NCBI GenBank assembly: GCA_050273025.1
Contig: CP158635.1
Span: 26,412,001-26,476,000 of the forward strand
Origin: Cenococcum geophilum
Lineage: Eukaryota
Length of the DNA stretch: 64,000 bases
Direction: 5' to 3'
Below, one piece after another: positions 35,162-48,988 of the stretch; position 1 is the stretch's first letter, and every line of letters begins with the position of its first letter. The position numbers and the translations under genes were made by a program. The notes under the pieces are model-generated. The model was not told the DNA's origin. It searched no databases and saw only the letters and a program-made list of their open reading frames with translations.

Positions 35162-38100
35162 TGTAATGGCGCTATCGCATGTTACCTGCCAAAATTCTGC
35201 CATATTCTGCCGACCTGCAATTGGCCCGCCTAAAGCTAGCGCCTTAGCGGCTCACCCTATATATTTATTTACATTAGTCCTAGCGACCCCTTTTCCTTCT
35301 CTTTAGCTTAGTATCTTTATAATACAGCATTCGTTCAAACTTTGGTTTAGAGGCATTTATTCAAGCCGTGGCATTATACTAAGCTCTCCCTACCTTACCT
35401 GGGAAGGCCTTAATAATATCCCACCCTAAAGAAACTTCGTCTGCAACGACGCATTAACGCGCTATACTCAGACACCAAAATAACTCTATATTACCTGGGA
35501 AGGCCTAGATAATATCCCACCTTATAAGCCAGACAGGACTGGACCTGTACCCCTAGAATTAAAACTAAAGCGTATAATACCGACAAACCTTAGGAAGCTA
35601 ATAATAGCACCTAAAGCAAGCTTATCTAAGAGAGCTGCCTCTACCTAAGAGGAACCTAAGATCCAATTAGGATTAGAAATTAAAGACAATAATAATATTA
35701 TAGACATACGCAAGCAGATTCGCGCCCTTGTAGCTAGCTAGGAAGCCAATTATCTTAAAGCGAGAAATATACAAGAGACCCTACAAGAGATCCTAGAAAG
35801 CCTTGCGGCCCTACAAAATAGCCCGGCTTCCCCTTCTTAAAGCCCTAGCCGACCTATTCACTCTACTAAATGCGATATACTAGGGAGTACGGATACAATA
35901 ATAAAGCAATTAAAGTCCGTTAAGCTCCCTAACCCCCTACCACTGTTTAACGGGATAAACCCTACCTTTAAGAATTAGAGGATTTAAGTACAAGGAAAGC
36001 TCCATATTAACTATAACCATTTCCTTTCCAAAGAAGCTAAAATACTCTACCTCTTTAGTCGAACTATTAGGGACGCCCAACGGCACCTTTAAGCCAAGTT
36101 TAAGGATAACTCCCCTATCCAATTTATATCTGTTAACGAGATAATACGGCACCTAGCGGCTATTTATATTAACCTAAATAAAGTACAGGATGCCCGTTAT
36201 AACTATAATTACCTAATAATAAAACTAAACTAACCCTTTGCCGAATTCTAAACTTAATTCCTATACCTTACAAGAGAAGGCTAGGTTCCCCTTAAGAACT
36301 ACCAATTAGACCTATATAATAAGCTAACAATCCGGCTATAAGAAAAGATCGCTGTAACTTTAGATAACCTACCAACCCACAAAAGACTTATAGCTTATTG
36401 CCTATTATTAGACTTAAAACTAAAGCAGATTAACGCCCGCCCTAATTAGCAAAAGCGACTCTATAATAATTAGAACTCGCTAGCTATACCTATAGAAGCT
36501 AGAGCAGGAAGATAAGTTATAACTACTCTTATACTAAAGGCGGTTATAACTACGCACTAGCGAGCCTCGCCCGACCAGCTACGTACTACGCCATTAACTA
36601 GTATTCGCCGTAATACTCCGATTAACCCTGCCTCGGCTATATGCTTTAACTGCAATAAGTAAGGTTACTTTACCTTATCCTACCCGGAGCTAAAGGATAT
36701 AGGCAATATTAAGGAAATAGAGGAAGGAGAAACGTCCAATAAGTTAGGAAAAGAAGAACCCTAGGGAAAGACTCCCCCCTAGGGTACCCTATTAATCTTA
36801 AAGAGATTAATCTTAGTTAGTTAATGGGTAGAAAGCATTTTACGGTTCTATATATAGTATCTTAAAATGGATATAGAGTTAATATAACCGCCCTTATTAA
36901 CACTAGAGCAAATAGCTTCGCCTTTATAAATACTACCTATATAAATAATATTGCCAAGTTTCTAAATACAGAAGCCATCTAACTAGAGAAGCCTATTTAG
37001 GTAAAGGGCTATAACGGCCAAGCCGGTTGGCCCATTACCCACGTTTTAAAGTTGCATATTGCTCTTAACGGACGACGCTAATACGGCATCCCCTTTTGCA
37101 TCCTAGACCTAGGGTTCTATAATATAATCCTTAGACAAAAATAGATGTCCTATTTTAATATTTAGTTAAATATATAAAAAAGACAGTTCGTCTGGCCGGA
37201 GGATAGACTAAGGTTGCCCTCCTTTATTAGGGAGATCTAAACCAACCATAAAACACTAGCCGTAAGGGCTAACCCTACCTACTAGTAGGATGTCCGGGCC
37301 CGTGACCTAGCCTTTACCTAAGAGGACGCCCGCCATAAAGCTAGAAAGAACTCTATACTAATAAAGATACTCTCCCAAAGCGCTATATTTAAAGAGGACT
37401 CTATATACGGAAGCGGGATAGATAATAACGTAGATAACGTCTAAATTATATAGATTTAACCGTTATAGAAAAGAACGTATTAATAGGATATAAGGGATAA
37501 CCTCTAAAAGATATAATAGGAGCTAAAAGGAGTAATAATGACGCTAGTACCCTAGAAGTCCCTAAAGTCACATACGCCCCTATTATTAGTCAACCCCCCT
37601 ACCATAGATATCGCCGCAATTAGCGCTATAGCGTTCCACTTTAATATATACTAGAAGGATAATAAGGTCTTTATAACAAGCCTATATAAGATTAACCAAA
37701 TTATTAATAATAAAGAGGAAAGGCCAGATAAGGAAACCGATAAGGAACTAGTTAAACGCCTTCTTCCTACTATTTATATAGGCTACAAGGATGCATTCTT
37801 AAAGGCGGCCTTAGATAAGTTACCCCCCTACCGGACATACAATTATAAGATTTAATTAGAGGCCAATAACTCACTAGGCTATAGCCCCCTCTACTATTAA
37901 TTAACGGATAAGCTAAAAGCAATAAAGCAGTACTTAATTAATAACCTAGATAAAGGGTTTATTAAGCCAAGTTAAGCCCCTTTTACTTCCCCTATCCTAT
38001 TCGTAAAAAAGCCTAATAGAGGCCTTTGTTTTTATATTAACTATTAAAAGCTAAACGCTATTACTTAAAAGGACCAGTATTCTATTTCTTTAATTAATAA

Positions 38101-41100
38101 GACCCTTATATATCTAAGCCAGGCAAAGATCTTTACCAAACTTAATATCCGCCAAGCTTTCTACTAAATTAGGATAAACCCTATATCTAAAGATTTAACA
38201 ACGTTCCGTACCCGCTATAGTTCCTATAAATATAAAGTTCTTCCTTTTAAACTAATAAACGGACCGGCTACGTACCAAAGGTATATAAATAACGTTCTTT
38301 TTAATTACCTTAATGAATTCTACACGGCATACCTAGACGACATTCTTATATACTTAAACGACGAACTTAAGCATTAAGTTCATATTAAGAAGGTCCTAGA
38401 GAGACTACAGAACGCGGGCTTATAAGTCAATATTAAGAAATACGAGTTTAGGGTAAAACGTACAAAATACCTCAGGTTTATCGTAACTATAGAAGGAATT
38501 AAGGTCAACCCTAAGAAGGTAAAGGCAATCCGTAACTAAAAGCCCCCTCGTATAGTAAAAGGAATCCAGTTCTTCCTTAGTTTTTGTAATTTCTACTACT
38601 AGTTTATCTATAACTACGGAATTATAGCAAAACCTCTTATATGACTAACTAGGAAGGACACGCCTTTTATCTTTAATAATAGCTATATAAAGGCCTTCAA
38701 AGAGGTAAAGAATTGGCTTATCTCTTCCCTAATCCTTTGTTACTATAACCTAGACCTTAAATTAATGCTAGAAACAGACGCCTCTAATGGGGTTATAGCG
38801 GGAATCCTATTACAATTACATCTAGACGGCAAATAGTACCCTATAGCTTTCTTCTTAAAGACAATAGACCCGGCTAAGTATAACTATAAAGTACATAACA
38901 AAGAAATACTAGCTATTATTTAATTACTTTCCTAATAGCGCGCAAAGCTTAAAGGTACGAACTCCTAGATTAAGATATATACAGATTATAAAGCCCTAGA
39001 GTACTTTATAACTATAAAGCAGCTTATAGGGCAATAAGCCTAGTAGGCTAAAATACTCTCCCAATTCTTCTTTACGATTATATATTATTCTAGCAAGCAA
39101 AACTCTAAGGCTAATACCCTAACCCAAAGAGAATAAGATGTAGGACCCTAGAATAAGCTAAAGACCCAATACCGGACGCGCGCCCTCCTCTATTTAGAAC
39201 AGCTTAACCCGCGGATCCTTAAGGAGCTAGACTCCTAGCAAAACAAGCTAGCACTAATAGAGGAGTCCTTAGATAAGCTAATAGGGCTAATTAACCGCCT
39301 CCTAACTATAAACCGCACGGCTAATGCCTTAAGGGCCCTCCGTAAATAAGCCGTAAAAGAAGACCCCAATTTTAAGATAAAGGAAGGATTGCTCCTATAC
39401 TAGGAGCGGCTTATAATCCCTGACGTCGATAATCTACGGACTAAACTAATCCGCGAAGCTTATTGCTAAGTCTCTATAGCATACCCTAGCAAGAACAAGA
39501 CCTATAAAATTATTAACTGCCGCTATTACTAGCTAAGAATAGTTGCGGATATTAATTAATATATACGGAACTGCAAAGACTGCTAGAGAGCTATAATCCC
39601 ATAGGATAAGACCCTAGAACTACTTAAGCCACTCCTAATACTAGAGCGCCCTTAGCAGTATATCTCTATAGACTTTTATAAACTACCTAGGGACCGTAAC
39701 AGATACGATATAGTTATAGTTATAGTTAACCGCTTTAGTAAACGCCCGTTCTTAATTCCATGTTATAAAAACATTAATGCCAAAGAGGCAGCCTGGCTAT
39801 ATGTCCATTACGTCTACTAAATCTACGGACCACCAGATACTATTATATCCAATTATAGGCCATAGTTTATATTAGCCTTCTAGAATAAGTTTACCCAGAT
39901 CCTAGGTATTAAGCTAAAGCTTTCTATAGCTTATTACCCCCAGATAGACAGTCAGATAAAGATTATAAATTAGTACCTAGACCAGAGGCTTAGGCCCTTT
40001 ATTAACTATTTCTAGGACAACTAGTCTAAACTACTACCCTTAATAAACTACGCGCAAGCAACCCTACCCCATAACTCCACAGGGTTTACCCCAATTCAGC
40101 TAGAAATGGAATACTTACCCCGCACAAGCTTTAACTAGAAAAGGCTAGAAGAACCCCAAACTATATAAGAGAAGCTATCCTATATTAAGGCCTAATAGTA
40201 CGCCAAACGATTAGAGGAGGCCTAGACGGTAGCCCACGAGAACCTAGAAAAAGCTTAAAGGTTAATGGAACAGTAGGCAAACAAACACTATTAAGAGCCC
40301 GATTTTGCCCCTAGTGATATAGTCTAGGTTATAACAAGGAATTAGAGGACCGAATAACCTAGCCGTAAGCTAGACTACTAGATGGTAGGACTGTATAAGG
40401 TTCTTAAGAAGATAGGCAACTCGTATAAGATAAAGCTCCCAGACTTAATTAGGGTTTACCCTATCTTCTCGCTAAATAAATTACGGAAAGCTATAAATAA
40501 CCTATTACCTAGACAAAAGAACGAGTCTCCCCTACCAGTTTAAGTAAACGGTAATAATAAATAGGAGGTTAACGAAATACTAGCCTGCAAGATAGTACGG
40601 GAAGCACTAAAATACCATATTTAATGAAAGGGCTACGATCCTAACCTAACCTAGTACCCTACGTAGAACTTTATAGGCTGCCCCCAGAAGCTTAAAGAAT
40701 TCTATAACCAATACCCTAATACGCCTGGACCCCTAAAGTACCTAGACAAATAGATAGAATACTAGTATAATAAAGACGATAAGTTACCGGAAGAATATAG
40801 GGACAAAAACGCCCCAAAGCCCTAATACAGCTGTCTGCCAAATTCTGCCATATTTTGCCATTTTCTACCAGTACCATAAAATTTCAGATATCTAGGAACT
40901 TTAACCGCCGGTTAAAGTTGTCTAATTAGTCAGATCCGTGCCAAGACTTTTAGCGGCTACTCTTTCTAGCCTAGTGCTTCCACTTAGCCCACAATCGCCC
41001 TTTATACTTAGTCAGGACGGACTTATGTCCCCTTTATCTCCTCATCTTATATTTTTATAATCCTACATTTATAAGCCTAGTGCTACCTATTTTTTCTAAC

Positions 41101-41351
41101 TAAGCCTAAGGGCAGGCTTTCTTTTAAAGAGGGGGGTAATGTAACGGCGCTATCGCACGTTACCTGCCAAAATTCTACCATATTCTACCGACCTGCGATT
41201 GGCCCGCCTAAAGCTAGCGCCTTGGCGGCTCACCCTATATATTTGTTTATATCGGTCCTAGCGACCCCTTTTTCTTCTCTTTAGCTTAGTATCTTCGTAA
41301 TACAGCATTCGTTCAAGCTTCGGTTTAGAGGCATTTGTTCGAGCCGTAATA
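35162..41351 (+). mobile_element. Full-length RIP'd Ty3/Gypsy chromovirus (copy A, 6190 bp), LTRs 35162-35373 and 41140-41351
   Basis: 212-bp LTRs, TSD ggtct at 35157-35161 and 41352-41356, PPT aaagaggggggtaa. Zn knuckle CFNCNK (~36642), RT YLDD (38330-38341), RNase H LETDAS (~38768), integrase, chromodomain (~40560-40700). Confidence 0.95.
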
Positions 41352-41694
41352 GGTCTAGTAGTACAAAAGTAAGTCCCCTTACTACATTGTTAATTTGCTA
41401 CTAAATACGCTTATTAAGCTGTTTAATATTTTCCTCTTACGGGTCTATTACCTAGGCTGTAAAGGATAAATTATAGGCAGATTTAGGCTGACAGACTATA
41501 GTAATATAGGCGCCTCTTACACGCTATGCAGCGTATTAGTCCTTTATATTTATAGTCTTATAGGTCTCTCCGCGGGAACTAGTAAGGTCTATAGGCTTTA
41601 GGTTTTAAGCTTGGCGTTTCTAAGTTAGCTTAATTAGGTTACCCTTTTATATAATTAGGCCTCTATTAAACTTAATTAGATTCTACTTAGTTAA

Positions 41695-42114
41695 TGTAAC
41701 GTTTCCCGCCCCAACGTCGCCATTCGGCCAAAAAGACACGGAGTGCTTGCGATATTGATCGCAAGCGCGGCGGGATCTAATATATGTACTCTTACAATTG
41801 CCCTCCCCTCTGCGCGTTCGTCCTCGAACGCTAAGCCGCAGGGGGTCCGCACACGAAGAGTCGCACCATATATTAGGAGTCCCCAGTAACGTAAGCGATC
41901 GGAATCTTCACCGACGCCTCATCGCACGGATGCGCGTTAGACTGTACTAGAGCGAAGTGACCGATGGGGATCGAACCCACGACACCTGGCCCCAGTAAGT
42001 TCGCAAGCACAATTGTAACGTGGCCCGCCTCCACGTCGCCATACGGCCAAAAAGACTGAGAGTGCTTGCGAACTTGTCGCAAGCGCGGCGGGACCTAATA
42101 TATATACTCTTACA
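41695..42114 (-). mobile_element. 420-bp TRIM (non-autonomous mini LTR retrotransposon), LTRs 41695-41796 and 42014-42114
   Basis: Both ~101-bp repeats run tgtaacg...cttaca. TSD gttaa at 41690-41694 and 42115-42119. PPT gaggggagggcaat (minus strand) abuts the left LTR. No coding capacity; GC-rich and not RIP'd. Confidence 0.92.
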
Positions 42115-45100
42115 GTTAACTACTCTTATAGCTTTACTAAGAACTTGGCCTTTTATAGTTTAGTTTCTTTAGCATCCGCAAAGGTTTAGTCTGCTAAGAA
42201 GAGGATATTATCTGTTTAGAGTCTAATAATACTAAGGCCGTTTAATGGGGTGTATAGGAGGTAGGGGTTATAGGTTAACTGTTCCATTTTAAGTTTACTA
42301 ATGTAATACTAGTAGTACGTCTTAAACTAATAGTTTCCGGCTTCTGGTACTCCGTAAAGAGGTTTTATAACCTATAAAATTATTCCTGGTTATAAATTAA
42401 GCTTAAGGGGTAGTCGTATAAAGATGTCCCTACTTAGGTAGGTATTAGACTGTATATAGGCTTATAAGATGTCCTATAAGTATAGGGCTACGGGTTTAGT
42501 TTGCTGTAGTCCTGGCGTAAGTGCAAGTATAATCCGTTAGCTGACCCGTTAAATTGTAGGTAATTATATAAGGACTAAGTCCTTTTTCTGGTTGTTATAA
42601 GCTTATATAATAAGCCTTAATTTTTTAAAGGCTTTATTAGTACTAGGGTGCTTAATTTTGTTAATAAAGCGTAAGTTAAATATACGGACGACTTGCGGAA
42701 CGTCTCTCTCTATTATAACTGTAAAAACGCCCTTCTTAAGTAGTCCGTTGATCTCTTTGCGTTATAAGTCCGTAAAAGGGGTTTCCTGTACTAGAACTAA
42801 TATATCTATAGGCGGAGATTGCCTTATAGATATGCCTATGGAGGTTAAGTAGTTCTCCGTTATGGGGTACTTTTAAGGGCGTCCTCGGCTACGCTTTACG
42901 GCAGGTTTAATAGGTTTAGTGGGTTTATAGGGGACTTCCAGAGTAGGTAGGGGTGCTTCTAGTTTATTTAGTTTGGCGGGTGCTTCTAGTTCTTCTAGTT
43001 TAACGTTATGGGTGTTTTTGGACTAAAAATAGGGTTTTACGGACGTGCTTCTGAAGCTAGTTAGTCCGCTAGGAAGTTATATATAATATATCTTGTCTTC
43101 TACAGCTAGTAAACGGTAAGGTCCAGTCTAATTGCCGCTCTTACGCTATATAAGGACTTTAGAATTAAGCGGGAGGTTATATACTAAGGTTATATTAGGT
43201 CCGTTGCGGTAATGCAAAGCGTTATTAACAGTTTGTTTAGCCCGTAATTTTACTATTTTAGCTATTACCTTCCATATTATAGCTGCTCGTTCCGTAATAG
43301 ATAGGGCTAGAGGGCCTAGGTTACTTATCTTTAGGTAGGCTCCGTAAACTAAAAGGGTAGGTACTAATCCGTTAAGGCCAGCGGTGTTATTAACGGCTTT
43401 TACGGCCATCTATAGAGCTAGTTCCTTTTAGATGTCCTTATACTCGTCCGTAATAATCTAGTAAGCTCTCTATACAGCTAGGTAAGCTTACTTAATAAGC
43501 CTAATAGACTAATGCGCCTTAACTAGAACAGCTTTTATTAAAATAGCCATAGCCGTAGTATATTATTAGAATTCCTTACTAATAAAGTTCTTACCGGCAT
43601 TATGGGTAATATACTTAGGGGGTTTAAGGTATATATTAATCTAGTAGGTCCGTAAAATATCCCAAGTATATTTTATAGATATATTTTACAACTAACGGGC
43701 GGCTTAATAGCGGGTTGCCTTATTAATTATATATAATACTAGGCTGCCGTTAATATATATAATATCTACGTATACTAAGTAGTTAAAGTTAAGGTCCTTA
43801 TAAAGGGTGAACTTAAATTGGCCTAGGGAACGTCCGTATTTCTAGCAAAAGGAGTAGTATTTAGTTAGGTAGTTAATTGCCTTCCTATTAACGTCGTCAT
43901 ATCTAGAGCGTTTAAGGACTCTATATAGCTTTTCGGCTAATAGGTGGCCGAAACGGCAGTATAGGCGGTGGATTTCCGTACTAGTAAGGTAGTACGGGTT
44001 ATAGTTAAAAGATTCCTAAATATAGGTCCGTAAAGTCTCTCCCTATATAAGGAATGGGTGTCCAAATTGTTATATAATTGGTAGGGTAATATACTTACTT
44101 CTTAGGGTAGTTACGGGGCTAATTAGAGTATCTATAATATTGTTATAGTAAACCTATAGTCTATCTATGTCTATAAGGCAGAGTAGAAAAGGGGTGTCCG
44201 CTTTTACTATATGGAAGTTAACTAGGCTAATTAGAGTTTTAACTTTAACTGATCTAATTAATGCGGTTAAGCTAATACCAAATTAGACATTTACGGCCCC
44301 AGTTTGCATAGTATTAATGTCCGTATTATCCTTTATAGTGGTCTTATATATAAGGTATTGTCCGTAACCTATAGTAGACTTCTTAGAGGTACCTATATTA
44401 ATTATAACGCCATAGAATTTTTTGGAGGTATAGCGTTCTATAGTAATATATGCAAATAGGTCCTATTCGCGGTCCGTAACGTCTGTAATGGGTCTAATAG
44501 GTATGCTTATAGGCCAGTTTTTGGGTGTAATTAAGTATAAAGAGGAGTGGTCGGCTAATACGGTCGTAATATTAAAGGCTTAGCTGTCTATAAAAAGTCT
44601 AAAAGTAGTTAAGAACGTCTCTAAGATCTCCTGTTCCTAAGTATCTAAGTTAAAGTTAATTATAAGGGCTTCTATTAACTTGTTAAAAGACTCCTCCGCC
44701 TCCTTTCCTTTATAGTTTAAGATAAACTAGTTAATCCGATTATTAAATCTCTTCTTAGACTTATTACGTTCTTCCTAGGTGTGCCTTATAGACTAATATC
44801 CTTCCTTACTGTATATAAAACACTTCTGGCTAGTTTATCTATGGGGGTATACTTTTATACAGGAGTTGCTATAGTGGTTACAGGTAGGACTTGGTCGGTA
44901 TAGGTACTGCCAGCAATAGCGGCGGTCCGTAAAGTAGGCGTCTAAGTCAGTTTATGTGTTTTGTAGGTCCGTAATAAAGGCTTAAGTACTACCTAGCGGG
45001 TTTAAGACTTTGTACGTTATAATAGAGGACTATAAATCGTTAATAAGGCTAGTTAAGGTGTCTATAGGCTTATAATAGGTATATTTATAGGGCTCTACTT

Positions 45101-48100
45101 CCTAGTAAGCCATAATGAGTTTATTATGTAGGAAGTCGTCTATTTAAAGCTTAATATTAAGGCCGTGCTATAGGTGCCGAAGGTCTTTAATAAGGATTTA
45201 CAGGCACTCTATAGTCGATTTTTTGGTATTCTTGTTAATTACGGTCCGTAACTTAGTTGCATTCTATTAGGTAAGGATATTACGCCTATATTCTAGTCCT
45301 TTAAAGTAGTTATATATAGCTTTATATAGCTTATTAAAGGAAATACCAAGGGGGTTACTCTTAAGGTTAGTGTAGTAGTAGTTAAGGGCTAGGCCGCGCA
45401 GTATAGTGGAATAGGCTTGGCTAAATTCCTATTTAGGAATATTAGCCTTCCAACAGAGGTCTGTAAAGATAGTAAGTTTAAAGTTAAAGTTATTATTTTT
45501 ACCGCTATACTTAGATTCGTTAGTATAGAGCTTAGCTAAGTTAGCTAGCTCCTTACCGTAGGTCTTTACTTAAGTAGGTTACAGATCTGTAACTTAGGTA
45601 GGTTATAGATCTATAGCTTAGGCGATGGGAGGGTTTTAGTCCGTATTTTGGTTTACGGGGGTATTATAGTCCGTAACTTAAGTACTAGGTATACTTTAGC
45701 CCGTAAGATTAATTCTAAAATCGCTTAGGTTTATAGGACGAATTTAGTTAAGTAGGTTAGGTATAAGGCTAGCGATGCTATTAAGTTTAGGAGAAGTAAA
45801 GAGTTTATTAGTAACTTTAACCTAGTTTAGGATTTCCTCTTTAGTCTATTCCGTTTAGTCCTCCTTCTATATTATATTATATAAGGACTATACAATAGTG
45901 ACTTATTTATCCTTTTTAACCTATATACCTTGGTGACGTAAAAGGGTTCGTAGGTTATAGATAGTAGTAGGGTTATAAGCTTTAAGAATATCTTCCGTAA
46001 AGTCTATAAAGTCTTCCTTATATTACTCCTATAGGTCGTCATTTATAAGCTTAAAATATCCATATTTAAGGATTTTATACTTAATATAGTTGTTAACATT
46101 AGTTATAGACATAAGGTCAACTCCTTATCTCCATTTCTCTTAACCTTTATTAATCTGCTTACTTGTGTCTGCTATACTATATAGTATAGTATATAGCGGG
46201 TAGTAGTAGCTTGTAACGGGTGGGGGAGGTTTTATAACGGTCCATAAAATTAATTAACGGGTCCGTAATAGTTTAAGAGGTCTTATAATAGTCCGTAAAG
46301 GCGATTAATAGGTCCGTAATAGTTTATAGGAGGGTAAAGAGTTTCTGTAAAAGGTCCGGAGGGGTTTAAGGTTTAAGGGGGTTAAGGATAGAAGGTTCCG
46401 TAAGGGTTTATATTTGCGTCTATAAACTTCTAGTAAATTATACTAAGACTTAAATAAGTATATAGAGTTAGTGATGGTTTTGTAATCCCTGGCTTCTAAC
46501 CTTCTAGTAGGTTATACTAGGAGTCTAAACAAGTGGTCGCTATTGTATATCGCTTAGGGGAGGTGTTAAGTGATTACTAATTTATACGCGCTCACTAATC
46601 AGTATTTATATTAATTTAATAATATATGGCGAGTTATATCCTGGGGCACGAAATACGTATAGTATCGTATACTCTTTAGGATGGTGGTAACTGTCGATTC
46701 TATTAAGGTAGACTACGTAATCTATATACTGACGCGCCTCCCCCCTAATTAGTTAGTATATAAGTGGTTAGTGTACCAAACGCGTAGCTACGCGTTTAGT
46801 ATACCACGTGCTGTAATTATACACTAAGCTAAAGAGAAGGAAGGGGGGGTCGCTAGGGCCGGTGTAAATAAATATATAGGGTAAGCCGCTAAGGCGCTAG
46901 CTTTGGGCGGGCCAATTATAGGTTGGTAGAATATAGCAGAATTTAGCAGGTAACGTGCGATAGCGCCGTTACATCACCCCCCTCTTTAAAAGAAAGCCTG
47001 CCCTTAGGCTTAGTTAGAAATAAGGTAATACTAAGCTTATAAACGTAGGATTATAAAGTAAGATAAGGAGATAAAGGGGATATAAGTATGTCTAGACTAA
47101 GTATAAAGGGCGATTATAGGCTAAGTAGAAGCGCTAGGCTAGAAAGAGTAGCCGCTAAAAGTCTTAGCACAGATCTGGCTAATTAGATAACTTTAACCAG
47201 CAGTTAAAGTTCCTAGATATCTGAAATTTTACAGTACTAGCAGAAAACGGCAGCATATGGTAGAATTTGGTAGATAGCTGTATTAGGGCTTTAGGGCGTT
47301 TTTGTCCCTATATTCTTCTAGTAACTTATTATCTTTATTATACTAGCAATTAATTTATTTATCTAGGTACTTTAGGGGTCTAGGCGTATTAGGGTATTAA
47401 TTATAAAACTCTTTAAACTTCTAGGGGCAGCCTATAAAGTTCTATATAGGGTACTAGGTTAGGTTAAAATTGTAGCCCTTTTATTAGATATAGTATTTTA
47501 GCGTGCCCCGTACTATCTTATAGGCCAGTATTTTATTAACCTCCTATTTATTATTACCGTTTACTTAAACTAGTAGGGGAGGCTTATTCTTTTATCTAGG
47601 TAATAGGTTATTTATAGCTTTCTATAACTTATCTAGTAAGAAGATAAAGTAAACCCTAATTAAATCTAGGAGCTTTATCTTGTATAAGTTGCCTATCTTC
47701 TTAAGAACCTTATACAGTCCTGCTATCTAGTAGTCTAGCTTATAGCTAGGTCGTTTAGTCTTTTAATTCCTTATTATAACCTAAACTATATCGCTAGGGG
47801 CAAAGTCAGGCTCTTAACGGTGTTTGTTCGCCTACTATTCTATTAACCTTTAAGCTTTTTTTAGGTTCTCGCGGGCTACTATCTAGGCTTCCTCTAATTA
47901 TTTAGCGTACTATTAGGCCTTAGCATAGAATAGCTTCTCTTATATAGTCTAGGGTTCTTTTAGCCTTTTCTAGTTAAAGCTTATATGGGGTAAGTATCCT
48001 ATTTCTAGCTAAATTAGGGCAAACCCTATAGAGTTATAGGGTAGGGTTGCTTGCGTATAGTCTATTAAGGGTAGTAGTTTAGACTAGTTGTTTTAGAAAT

Positions 48101-48659
48101 AGTTAATAAAGGGCTTAAGCCTCTAGTCTAGGTACTAATTTATAATCTCCGTCTAACTGTCTATTTAGGGGTAGTAAGCCGTAGAAAGCTTTAGCTTAAT
48201 GCTTAGGATCTAGGTAAACTTATTCTAAAAGGCTAATATAAACTATAGCCTATAATTAAATATAATAGTATCTAATAGTCTATAGATTTAGTAGACGTAA
48301 TAGATATATAGCCGGGCTACCTTTTTAGCATTGATATTTTTGTAATAGGGAATTAAAAACGGGCGTTTAAAGCAGTTAACTATAACTATAACTATATCGT
48401 ATCCGTTACGGTCCCTAGGTAGTTTATAAAAGTCTATAAAGATATATTATATCAGGAATTTTTTTTTATAATAGGTTGTTGCGGTTTACCGCAAATTGCC
48501 GCAAACTATACAATCGCGGCGGTTATATATAGTTGTTAGCGATTTATATAAACCGCGCATTTTGCAATAAGTTTACAGCATCTACTAGCAAATCGCAGTA
48601 AAATAATTAACTACTAAACTAATGCTAGCATTTTGCTACCTTATAATTATATAGCGCGC

Positions 48660-48800
48660 AAACTGTATAAACTATACGAACTATATAAACTGTACGAACT
48701 ATACAAACTATATGAACTGTATAAACTATACGAACTGTATAAACTGTATAAACTATATAAACTATACAAACTATATAAATTATAACAACTATATAAATCG
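48660..48800. repeat. 9-bp tandem array (aactgtata/aactatacg)
   Basis: Directly visible. Confidence 0.9.
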
Positions 48801-48988
48801 TAACTAAATTATTATATATTACTATAGATTGCTATAATATACTTTTAAATATATTTATATTATAACTATATAAAATATAGAGCTATCTACTTAAAAGAGG
48901 GAAGCCTTTCGCAAAAGCTCTAAATCGTTAATTAGCGGTATTCCTAATAATTTACTAGCTATATACTAATTTCCTAACTAGGCCTAGT

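Larger units (their letters stand above)
34170..46823 (-). mobile_element. Full-length RIP'd Copia element (copy 2), LTRs 34170-34390 and 46603-46823, inserted in the 3' LTR of Gypsy B
   Basis: 221-bp LTRs with TG(TA)...CA ends. 5-bp TSD ctaag at 34165-34169 and 46824-46828. Colinear with copy 1. Confidence 0.93.

Noticed and set aside
41957..41986. tRNA gene
   Set aside because: Only a T-arm and acceptor-like 3' strand are visible; I could not build a full cloverleaf. Treated as part of the TRIM.
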